From an uncultured Planctomycetales bacterium (GTDB lineage: Bacteria > Planctomycetota > Phycisphaerae > SM23-33): a stretch of DNA of 53,794 nucleotides. The notes beneath the pieces were generated by a model. It did not search any database. It was not told the origin of the DNA and saw only the letters and a list, made by a program, of their open reading frames with translations. A program made the position numbers and the translations under genes. The DNA lies in the NCBI GenBank assembly GCA_965602635.1, contig CBFCZU010000003.1, positions 1 to 53,794 on the forward strand, written 5' to 3'. Position 1 is the stretch's first letter, and every line of letters starts with the position of its first letter. This document shows, one piece after another, positions 28,301 to 36,564 of this stretch.

Positions 28301-28657
28301 ATGGTCCGTTACCTGATCCTTCCCTTGTGGATGCTCTGCTTTGGCCTGATCAACTACAGTGCAAAGCGCTTGGTCGGCGCAATGCCGCCGCTTTCCAAAG
28401 GAGCTGTGGAACTGCTCAGCTACTTCTTCGGCTCGGCGTGGACCTACGCGCTGGGCTGCTGCTGGGGACTTAGCGCCTCGCTGTACCTGGTTGCGCTGAA
28501 GATCATGCCGGTATCCATCGCCGCGCCCGTGTTTCTGACGTTGGGCATACTTGTGGCGACGGTCCTGGGATGGTGTGTGCTCCGCGAGCCGATCTCCCTG
28601 CGGGCGGGCCTGGGCATGGCCCTGTGCCTCGGGGGGATCGTCCTGATGATGAAATGA
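28301..28657 (+). CDS. SMR/EamA-like 4-TM transporter (ArnE/ArnF-like flippase subunit)
   Basis: 118 aa, four hydrophobic helices, 'PVSIAAP', 'LREPIS...GMALCLGGIVL'. Confidence 0.8.
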   Translation: MVRYLILPLWMLCFGLINYSAKRLVGAMPPLSKGAVELLSYFFGSAWTYALGCCWGLSASLYLVALKIMPVSIAAPVFLTLGILVATVLGWCVLREPISLRAGLGMALCLGGIVLMMK

Positions 28658-28756
28658 ACCGCCGGTCGGATTGAGAGAAGGCCCTGTCACGAGGACGGGC
28701 CGACAGTTAGAACGGTCGGTGCCGGCAGTGAACGCGCCGGGCTGGGAGGCTGAAGC

Positions 28757-30592
28757 ATGGAGATCGCCGTAGCTGCGGTTGCGGCCGCCGCGGTCGTTGC
28801 TGCCTACCAGCTCTTGCGGACAGGCGGTGCCTGTTCGCAGTCAACCGGTCTCTTCAGGCTGACGAAACTTGACTTGCCGATGCTGGCCGTGCTGGCGGCC
28901 TGCCCGCTGGTGCTCTACGTGCCCATCCACTTGCGCATACCCGACGACCAACGCCTCCTGATGACGTTCTCTCCGGACTTCAGCCAGCAGGCCAAGCTCG
29001 CCGAGAAGATGGTCGAGCGCGGCTCGTTCGATCTATATCTCGACGAAGAGCCTGCGACTCGAGCCCGGCACGCCAACGCCTGGAGGTTCAGCTACGGCTG
29101 TCTGCACATCAACGCGACGATCCTGCTTTCCCGCGCGGTGTCGATCTTCGGTCGGCCATCCTACGCGACGATCGCGCGGATTCACGCCTCGCTGCTGCTT
29201 GCCGGGCTGATCGCGACGATCTTCCTTCTGTACGCGTGGGGACGGGGCATCGCCGGACCGGTGGCGGGCCTGATCGCGGGCCTAGTCTACCTGCTGCCGT
29301 ACAAGTCGACGTTCCTGGTAGTGCACGCCTGCTCGCCGGACCACATCCAGCAGGTATTCATGCTAGGATCGCTGATGGCCTGCGCGGTGTTGGCGAGCCG
29401 GTCGGGGCTTCGAAACGCGCTGGTCGCGTCGGCTCTGGCGGGAGTTGCCTTCGGCACGAAGTACGCCGGCGTGTTCCTTCTGCCGCTGATCCTCGCGGCT
29501 GCCTTTGTCCGGCCAGAAGGGAGAAAGCGGCTGCTGAACCTGCGAGCTCTTGCTGCGCTCGGCGCCGTCGTCGCGGGGGGGTTCGCCCTGGGCTTCGCCT
29601 TCGCTAGCCCCCAGGCGGTACGCCATCCGCTGTATTTCCTTGGGTGCATGCGTGACCTGTCCAGGTCGCTGAACTACTCCGGCGCGTTCAGCGGGGGCGT
29701 GGTGTCTTCCTACGCCAGGCTCATCTGGCAGGGATTCCTTTACCGGGACCTGCCGCTTGTCTGTGCCTTCGGGATCGGGTTTGCTGTCCTGCTGCTGGGC
29801 GGCTGGTGGCGACCCGGTAAAGTGCGCGATTATCTCGTCCTGGCCGCGCTGGCATGGACAGGAACTTACGCCGGCGTGCTGCTGTGCCTGCTGCGATACG
29901 TGGACCCGGGGGTGTTGTATCCGGTCTGGCCGACGCTGGCACTGGCCGCCGGCGTGGGCCTGGTCGGGCTCGGCCGGGCAGTCCGCCGATTGATCCGCGT
30001 GCGGACACAGTGGGTGCCATCGGCGATCGCGATGGCTGTCTTCGCAGGCATCATCGTACACGAGTTCGTCGGCCGAAGGGCCGCCTTCACCCCCACGCGC
30101 GTCGATCGACCACTACTACTGAACTACGAGCATCCATTCTACGCGGGGCTGAGGCGTCTCGCCAGCTTCTTGCAGCAGCGATACCCGGCGAACACGAGGA
30201 TTATTGTTGATTACACCATGATCTATGTACCCAGAGCGTTCGCGGACGTCCATCACAGCTCTTTCGTGTTTCTGGGCACGCTGCCATCCGAGGTACTCGA
30301 GAGCACCGACGTGTTTGTCCTGTCGCGTAAGGATAGCGAGTTCGGCGAGGCCCTGAAGCAGGGCTACTACGACGAGGACAAGATCCTGCTGTCGAGACAG
30401 TTCTACCGCCAGGTCCGCGACGGCCGGCGGTTCAGGAAGGTGACCGAGATCGACTACCCTTCGGGGTGGTTGGCTTCCAAGGTCGAGGTCTGGGAGCGGC
30501 TGCAGGCGAAAACTCAGGCGGAGTCGCAGCCCAGCGGCCCGCAGCAACTTCCCCGCCAGGTCGAAGCACAGGGACCAACCCATGCCGAATAG
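28757..30592 (+). CDS. GT-C fold (ArnT/PMT-like) glycosyltransferase
   Basis: 'FSPDFS' acidic loop, 'SPDH', 'GVAFGTKYAG', 'FASP'; many TMs; GGAGG RBS. Confidence 0.75.
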   Translation: MEIAVAAVAAAAVVAAYQLLRTGGACSQSTGLFRLTKLDLPMLAVLAACPLVLYVPIHLRIPDDQRLLMTFSPDFSQQAKLAEKMVERGSFDLYLDEEPATRARHANAWRFSYGCLHINATILLSRAVSIFGRPSYATIARIHASLLLAGLIATIFLLYAWGRGIAGPVAGLIAGLVYLLPYKSTFLVVHACSPDHIQQVFMLGSLMACAVLASRSGLRNALVASALAGVAFGTKYAGVFLLPLILAAAFVRPEGRKRLLNLRALAALGAVVAGGFALGFAFASPQAVRHPLYFLGCMRDLSRSLNYSGAFSGGVVSSYARLIWQGFLYRDLPLVCAFGIGFAVLLLGGWWRPGKVRDYLVLAALAWTGTYAGVLLCLLRYVDPGVLYPVWPTLALAAGVGLVGLGRAVRRLIRVRTQWVPSAIAMAVFAGIIVHEFVGRRAAFTPTRVDRPLLLNYEHPFYAGLRRLASFLQQRYPANTRIIVDYTMIYVPRAFADVHHSSFVFLGTLPSEVLESTDVFVLSRKDSEFGEALKQGYYDEDKILLSRQFYRQVRDGRRFRKVTEIDYPSGWLASKVEVWERLQAKTQAESQPSGPQQLPRQVEAQGPTHAE

Positions 30593-33026
30593 CAGCGCGG
30601 AGAAACGGATGCCAACGGCACGAAAGACGCTCCGCCTGGCGATTGGGTATGGGCTGCTGGTGGGGGTTCTCTCGGCGGTCCTGCGCCACGCCCCGGCGGT
30701 TGGCATCATCACAGCGGGCGTCGTTTTCTTCCATGTTTCCTGGCTGTTGCTGCGCCGCCGTTTCGCGCCGTATCTCAGGCACCTACCGGACCACAATGAC
30801 TGCTTGTCGGCAACCGCACCTGCCGGCTCGGCCGGGCCGCCACGACCGGCTGTGCCGGCTTGGGCGTGGATTACGATGGTCCTGGCCTCGATCCTCATTG
30901 CCGCGCCAATGGGCGTCGTGGCGTTGAAAGCAAGTGACAACTCCCGCATGATTTGGGCGTTTCACGAGGACGAGGGCTGGCTGGCCGACCTGTACGACAA
31001 CTACGCCTCAAGCCCGCGGATGGACCTGGGCGAACGCTGGGGATACACGTATGGGTCTTTCAACCTGATGTTGGTCTCTTTCCTTGCCCGAGCCGTTCGG
31101 CCGGTGATGCACCTCGACGGTACCGACTGCGTGATCCTCAACCGGATGCTCCTGATGCTGGCGTTCGTGGCGACGGGGTGGCTGGTGTTCTGCATCGCCG
31201 TCCGAAGCTTCGGTTCGCCCGGCGTGGGCGTGGTAGCGGCGGCGCTGCTGTGGAGCAACAGCAAGGCCGTGGAGATTGGCATCCCGTGCAATTACCCCGA
31301 CGTCTTCGGCATGCTGCTCATCACCATCGCTATCTTCCTGATCGCGCGGATGCTGAGTGAGTTTCATCTGCGAACCTTGTTCTTGGCGCCGTTGTTCGTC
31401 GCCGTGGGTTTCAGCATTAAGTACATGGGCCTTCCCCTGGTGGTGTTCGTGCTGGTCGCCTTCTTCTTGTCGAGAAAACGCGTGGCAGGGGTGAGCGGCC
31501 CTCGGCGGGCGCTGGGCGATCTCGGCCTCTACTCAGCCTATACGCTCGCGGCCATCCCCGTGGGATTCTTCATGGTCAACCCCTACTATCTTGTTCACTG
31601 GCGGCGATTTGCTTCGCAGATGCGCATAGTTTGGCACCTCTACGGCAGCGGCAACATCAACGCCTTGCCGGCTTCAGGGGTCACCCTGCCATCGCTTGGC
31701 GACTGGTGGCAGGTGGCTACAGGCGGAGGCACGCCGGATGGCGTCCTATTCGTTGCAGCGGGCATCTGCGGCGTGCTGACAGTGTTCCGCGTCGTGCGAA
31801 AGCGTGGCCGGTTCGACCGTGGCAGCGCCTTTGTATGCGTGGCGATGTTGTTCGCGGGGTGCTGGGCGGCCGTGGTGATGGCCGGCAGTCAGTTCGCGTT
31901 CTTCCATTACTTCCTGCCGGCGCTTCCCAGCGCCTATCTCGTAGCGGCTGCGTCTGCGATCTATGCCAGGGAATCGTTCCCGGCGCGGTGTGCCCGGTTG
32001 CGGCGGTTCCTGCCTGGGCTGCTGCTGGCAGCCCTGCTGGTTTACGTGACCTCCTCGGTCGTTGTCGAGATCCGCAACGTCCTGCGCGCGGGCCAGGCCT
32101 ACACAACGCACTCGTTCGGCTATGCGGCGAGGTCGTCGCTGCTAAAGTCGAGGCTCGGCCGGACCTTCCAGCTGTTGAGCACTGTTCGCGAGGTAGAGGG
32201 ATCCGTCGCCTTGGAGGTCGGCCGATGGCTGGAGGAACACTGTCCCGAAGCGCGCACGCTTGTCACCAATGAAACGATCTTCTACTATCCCCCCAGGATC
32301 GAGCAGATCAAGTATCTGAACCGCCAACTGGACATGCTGGCGTTGGTCAGGACGATGCCGGACCTGCTGATCGTCTCGGACTACTTCGTCGAGATGTACA
32401 CGCGGAGGTACGAGCAAAATGAAATCGACGCGATGGACCGGTCGCAGCGCGATCAGTTTCTCAGGGCCCGGCAGTTCTATTCGCTTGTCAAGGACAGGGA
32501 TGCATTCCTCAATTACGTGCGGATCAAGACGTTTGACGCCCCTAAAAGCTGGTACTGGAAACGGCTCCACATCTACGAGCGCCAAGGCCCGAGGACGCTC
32601 AAGGGTCTGCTTGCGAGCCTCGGCGGCAGTCGGCTGATGCCCCCGCCGAACGGCAGCGAATGCCTGACCTTCGACGGATTCGTCATGCCGGTGAGAATGT
32701 ACGCAGCGGCGGTCCCCGGCCAGGCCATGCCGTACACGCTGGACATCCGGCTGGCCCGTCCGATCGAGGTGACGGGCATCGGCGCTATGTGGTGGTCCAC
32801 AAACGATCATCCTACCCAGGTCCGCCTGGAGCTGTGGCTGCGGGACCAGCAACTACTCGGGACGGACCTGCCCATCAACGTCGGGCAGAGCGCTCCGTTC
32901 AGTTGGGTCGAGCTTGATCGCCCGGCCGAAAGGGCGGACCGGATCGTCCTGAAGGTTTCGTCCTTCGCGGGGCAACAGCGGCTCATCATGCGCCGGCTGC
33001 TGATACGTGGCGGGGGGCCCGCTTGA
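30582..33026 (+). CDS. GT-C fold glycosyltransferase with C-terminal discoidin/CBM-like beta-sandwich
   Basis: 'FHEDEG', 'YPD', 'GFSIKY', 'VNPY', 'HYFLPALP'; beta-rich tail. Confidence 0.75.
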   Translation: MPNSSAEKRMPTARKTLRLAIGYGLLVGVLSAVLRHAPAVGIITAGVVFFHVSWLLLRRRFAPYLRHLPDHNDCLSATAPAGSAGPPRPAVPAWAWITMVLASILIAAPMGVVALKASDNSRMIWAFHEDEGWLADLYDNYASSPRMDLGERWGYTYGSFNLMLVSFLARAVRPVMHLDGTDCVILNRMLLMLAFVATGWLVFCIAVRSFGSPGVGVVAAALLWSNSKAVEIGIPCNYPDVFGMLLITIAIFLIARMLSEFHLRTLFLAPLFVAVGFSIKYMGLPLVVFVLVAFFLSRKRVAGVSGPRRALGDLGLYSAYTLAAIPVGFFMVNPYYLVHWRRFASQMRIVWHLYGSGNINALPASGVTLPSLGDWWQVATGGGTPDGVLFVAAGICGVLTVFRVVRKRGRFDRGSAFVCVAMLFAGCWAAVVMAGSQFAFFHYFLPALPSAYLVAAASAIYARESFPARCARLRRFLPGLLLAALLVYVTSSVVVEIRNVLRAGQAYTTHSFGYAARSSLLKSRLGRTFQLLSTVREVEGSVALEVGRWLEEHCPEARTLVTNETIFYYPPRIEQIKYLNRQLDMLALVRTMPDLLIVSDYFVEMYTRRYEQNEIDAMDRSQRDQFLRARQFYSLVKDRDAFLNYVRIKTFDAPKSWYWKRLHIYERQGPRTLKGLLASLGGSRLMPPPNGSECLTFDGFVMPVRMYAAAVPGQAMPYTLDIRLARPIEVTGIGAMWWSTNDHPTQVRLELWLRDQQLLGTDLPINVGQSAPFSWVELDRPAERADRIVLKVSSFAGQQRLIMRRLLIRGGGPA

Positions 33027-33123
33027 GCCGGACTGGCGCAACCTCGCGGGACCCGGCCGGGACGGTGTGATGCGGCCAGACGGTCGGCGCAATGGGAATA
33101 TAGGAACACCAGGAGCGGTCGGC

Positions 33124-34062
33124 ATGCCAGACCGAGCATCGTCAATCGATGTTGCCAGCACCGAGCAGCAGGCCGGGGCGGTTCCGCGCTGCCCGGCCTG
33201 CAGCTCCGCGCTGAAAGACGGACGGCTTGCGTTCGTTCTTGACGACTCGAAGTGGCCCCTGAAGATCTACCGCTGCGCGTGCGGGCTGCATTACTCGGAC
33301 TACGCGGTCCGGCAGGTCGCGGGCGATATCTATGACGCGCCCTATTACGACCATCCCCGTTATGTCAACGCGGCGGGACGGCGGGCCTACGTTGCGCATC
33401 TGGCCGGCTTCTTGACAGAGTCTATCGGCATGCCGCCGGTCTCTTCGCAGCGTCGGCGGTTGCTGGACGTTGGTTGTGCGACCGGAGATTTCGTCGAGTG
33501 GGCCTTGCAGGCCGGTTGGGATGCTGAGGGGGTAGACATTTCGCCCGAGGCGGTGGAAATCGGTCGCCGGGTGGGCCTGCCCTTGCGGCAGGCGAGCATC
33601 GAACAGGCGAGCCCGGCCGGGCCGAGCTACGACGTCGTGACGCTCTGGGACGTCCTGGAGCACCTGCCGCGACCGTTGGAGGCGCTTCGCTCGGCGCAGC
33701 GCATCCTCAGACCAGGCGGGACGTTGCTGCTCAAGACCGCCACCTGTACGTCGCTGGTGGACCAGTTGGCGCGGGGGGGTTATCGACTGAGCTTCGGAAA
33801 GCTCCAGGCCCCACTTAAGCGAATGTACGTGGTTGGGCACCTGTACTACTTCACTTGCGACACGCTGCGGCGGGTGTTGTGCAACGCCGGGTGGACGGCG
33901 AAGCTTCTCCGTCAGACCGATACGCCGCCGGCGTCACTGTCTCACTCACGGCCGCTCCAAGCGGCGTTCACGGTGCTCTGGGCGCTACAGCGGTGGACTG
34001 GGCGATGTTACGAGTTGATGGCAGCCTGTCAGAGAAGCCAGCGCGGCCGGCCGGAGCCGTAA
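33124..34062 (+). CDS. Class I SAM methyltransferase with N-terminal Zn-ribbon
   Basis: CPAC...CACG, LLDVGCATG, WDVLEHL; AGGAG RBS upstream. Confidence 0.88.
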   Translation: MPDRASSIDVASTEQQAGAVPRCPACSSALKDGRLAFVLDDSKWPLKIYRCACGLHYSDYAVRQVAGDIYDAPYYDHPRYVNAAGRRAYVAHLAGFLTESIGMPPVSSQRRRLLDVGCATGDFVEWALQAGWDAEGVDISPEAVEIGRRVGLPLRQASIEQASPAGPSYDVVTLWDVLEHLPRPLEALRSAQRILRPGGTLLLKTATCTSLVDQLARGGYRLSFGKLQAPLKRMYVVGHLYYFTCDTLRRVLCNAGWTAKLLRQTDTPPASLSHSRPLQAAFTVLWALQRWTGRCYELMAACQRSQRGRPEP

Positions 34063-34115
34063 CGCCCCCTCATGCATCGCACGACGCCGACGGACCGGGT
34101 GCGGGTGCTGACCTG

Positions 34116-34144
34116 TTGATTTCTCTTGCTTCTGCTGCTATATA
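34116..34144 (+). promoter_or_regulatory. Possible sigma70 promoter upstream of the wzm remnant/wzt block
   Basis: TTGATT-N17-TATATA with TG extension in an AT-rich patch; the -10 is non-consensus. Confidence 0.3.
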
Positions 34145-34304
34145 GGCAGACTGAAAGGACATACACGAAGGCGACGAGCCTTCATGGAAGATCTGGGCCA
34201 GGAGGGGGGGGCTCGGACGTAGGAAGCGCGACCGGCGGCCGGGCGGGGAGCGCACGCCAGCCCCGTAGCGACCGTACGTGGCGTGGCAAGCTAAGGCGAA
34301 TGTG

Positions 34305-34688
34305 ATGAACGCGCTACTATCTCCCCTTCGGTTGCTCTGGCAGCACCGGGCCTTACTGCGCCAGGCAATGCGGAACGACGTCCGCGCACGATACGCCGGC
34401 TCGGCGCTGGGGCTCGGAGTCGGCTCGGTAACGTCCAATGCCACGCTTATCAAGAACACGCTGTTTCCCATCGAGTTGATCCCGGTCAAGAGCGTTCTGG
34501 CCAGCCGGTGCACCCAGGTTGCCGGCGGCGGGTCGCTATTGATCGTGGTACTGCTACTGGTCAAACTGACGACTTGGAGCCTGCTGCTGCCCGCCGTCTG
34601 GGTGCTGCTGGCGCTGGCGGTGGTGACTTTCTTTGTGGGGTACTGGTTCTTCTGTCGCTTGAAGGCGGTGTTTGCGGGCAATGTGTGA
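34305..34688 (+). pseudogene. wzm: Wzm permease remnant with two in-frame internal deletions (127 aa)
   Basis: Aligns to the intact wzm at 52491-53291 but lacks the blocks after YAGSALGL and after PAVWVL. Confidence 0.85.
34597..34648 (+). repeat. 52-bp inverted repeat, left copy (51/52 identical to 52531-52582)
   Basis: TCTGGGTGCTGCTGGCGCTGGCGGTGGT(G/A)ACTTTCTTTGTGGGGTACTGGTT. Confidence 0.9.
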
Positions 34689-36564
34689 TCTTATCATCGA
34701 CATGCAGGGAATCGGCAAGATGTACAAGCTGTACCGTCGGCAGGCCGACAAGGCCCTCGACGCCCTCGGCCTCTGTGCACTGATGTTTTGGCGCAAGAAC
34801 TATTACCAGGAGTTCTGGGCCTTGCGGGGCTTGGATCTGCGAGTTGCCAAGGGCGAGCGACTGGGAATCATCGGCCGCAACGGCGCCGGCAAGAGTACTC
34901 TGCTGAAGGTCATCACCGGCACTATTTCGGCAACAGAGGGTTCTGTCGCCGTCAACGGCCGCGTGCAGGCCTTGATGGAACTAGGCACCGGCTTTCACCC
35001 GGAGTTCACCGGGCGGCAGAACATCCGTGCATCCCTGTCGTATCAGGGTCTGTCCGCCGCCGAGATTCGCCGCAAGGAAGAAGAGATCATTGACTTTGCG
35101 GAGTTAGAAGAGTTCATCAATCAGCCTGTCAAGACATATTCATCGGGCATGTATGCGCGGCTGGCGTTCTCCACGGCCACCAGCGTCGAACCGGAGATTC
35201 TCATTATCGATGAAATCCTCGGGGCGGGTGACGCGTACTTCGCCGCCAAGTGCATCGATCGGATGAAGCGGCTGACCGAGGACTCCGGGGCCACGGTCCT
35301 TTTCGTCAGTCACGATCTCGGAACCATCCAGCGGCTCTGTCAACGGGTCACTTGGATCGACCGAGGACAAATCGTGGCCAACGGGGATCCGCTGAACGTC
35401 ACGAAGGCATACTACGCCTCGATCATGGACCAGGAGAAGATCCGCCTCAGGGCCCGGAACGCGAAGCTCGCCCGGAGGCAGGCGGGAGCGTTGGTGCGCC
35501 AAGAGCACGAGCGCGGAGTGCGGGAGCTGCTCTTCCGCCTGATGGTGCCGGGCGAAAGCCCCCCCGCCTGCCCGCATCCGGTGCGGCGGCTGACGCTGCT
35601 CGCACAGAATGGCTTTCGGGTGGAAGTCCACCCCGGTGCGCCCATGGACAACGACCCGGGGCAGGCGGCCTACATCATGGCAGATTCGTATTACATGAAC
35701 TGGAGCGAGCCGCGGCTCGTCCGGGGAGTCCATGTCCGCTGCTTTGAGAACGTCAGGGGCAAGCTCCTGCACGCGCCTTTCATTTTCGGCGTGCCGGCGC
35801 ATGTGGCGGATTGCGAGCCGCTTTCGCTCGAGATCGAACACTGCGCGTCTCCTGAGGAGGAGGTGGCCGTGGAGTTGTTCGATGGCCAGGAGTACCGCAG
35901 GCTGGGACTGTTGACTGCTGACGGCGAAACGTGGCACTGCCAGAGATTCCAAGTCCCTACGACCTCGCCGCAAGATGCGGAGACGTCCATTTCCGACGAG
36001 GGCGACGAATCCGAGCGGGCGCTCCAAGAGCTGACCGGGCAGGTGCAAGCGCCCGGTGCCGCGAACGCCTCTGCCAAAGACGCCCCCGTCCCAACGGTTG
36101 AAGACCGGTGGAACACCCCCCGGGCGAAGTTCGACGAGATCGTGCCTATCGATGCCGAGGGGAACGTCAAACACGTCTTCGCAAGTGGGGAGACGTTCGG
36201 ATTCCGCATTTCGGCCACGGTTCACGAGACCCTGCCCGTCTGTTGGCTGGTCGTGGTCATCTACGACAGTAAGGGCCACAAGCTATGCATGTGGGTGGCG
36301 CCGTTCGAGGAGCCGATTCCGGGCGGGAAACACACTTGGGAACTGACCGCAGACCGGCCAAACCTCCGACAAGGGGAATTCGTCGTCAGCGCGGAGCTGC
36401 TGGATGAGTACGACTCCAACGCGCTGGGGAAGCTTTCGTACTACTGCCACTGGAACCGCTGCGTAGTGTTCCGCATCGATGAAGGCTACGTAGGCAACAT
36501 CCCCCTGGGGGCTGTCACGCTGCCCGTCAGATTTCGCGAGGTCACCCATGAAAGCCATCGGTAA
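34681..36564 (+). CDS. wzt: Wzt polysaccharide ABC exporter ATPase with central inserted domain and Wzt_C domain
   Basis: GRNGAGKST, YSSGMYARLAF, IIDEILGAGD, VSHD; C-terminal 'LRQGEFVVS'. Confidence 0.92.
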   Translation: MCDLIIDMQGIGKMYKLYRRQADKALDALGLCALMFWRKNYYQEFWALRGLDLRVAKGERLGIIGRNGAGKSTLLKVITGTISATEGSVAVNGRVQALMELGTGFHPEFTGRQNIRASLSYQGLSAAEIRRKEEEIIDFAELEEFINQPVKTYSSGMYARLAFSTATSVEPEILIIDEILGAGDAYFAAKCIDRMKRLTEDSGATVLFVSHDLGTIQRLCQRVTWIDRGQIVANGDPLNVTKAYYASIMDQEKIRLRARNAKLARRQAGALVRQEHERGVRELLFRLMVPGESPPACPHPVRRLTLLAQNGFRVEVHPGAPMDNDPGQAAYIMADSYYMNWSEPRLVRGVHVRCFENVRGKLLHAPFIFGVPAHVADCEPLSLEIEHCASPEEEVAVELFDGQEYRRLGLLTADGETWHCQRFQVPTTSPQDAETSISDEGDESERALQELTGQVQAPGAANASAKDAPVPTVEDRWNTPRAKFDEIVPIDAEGNVKHVFASGETFGFRISATVHETLPVCWLVVVIYDSKGHKLCMWVAPFEEPIPGGKHTWELTADRPNLRQGEFVVSAELLDEYDSNALGKLSYYCHWNRCVVFRIDEGYVGNIPLGAVTLPVRFREVTHESHR

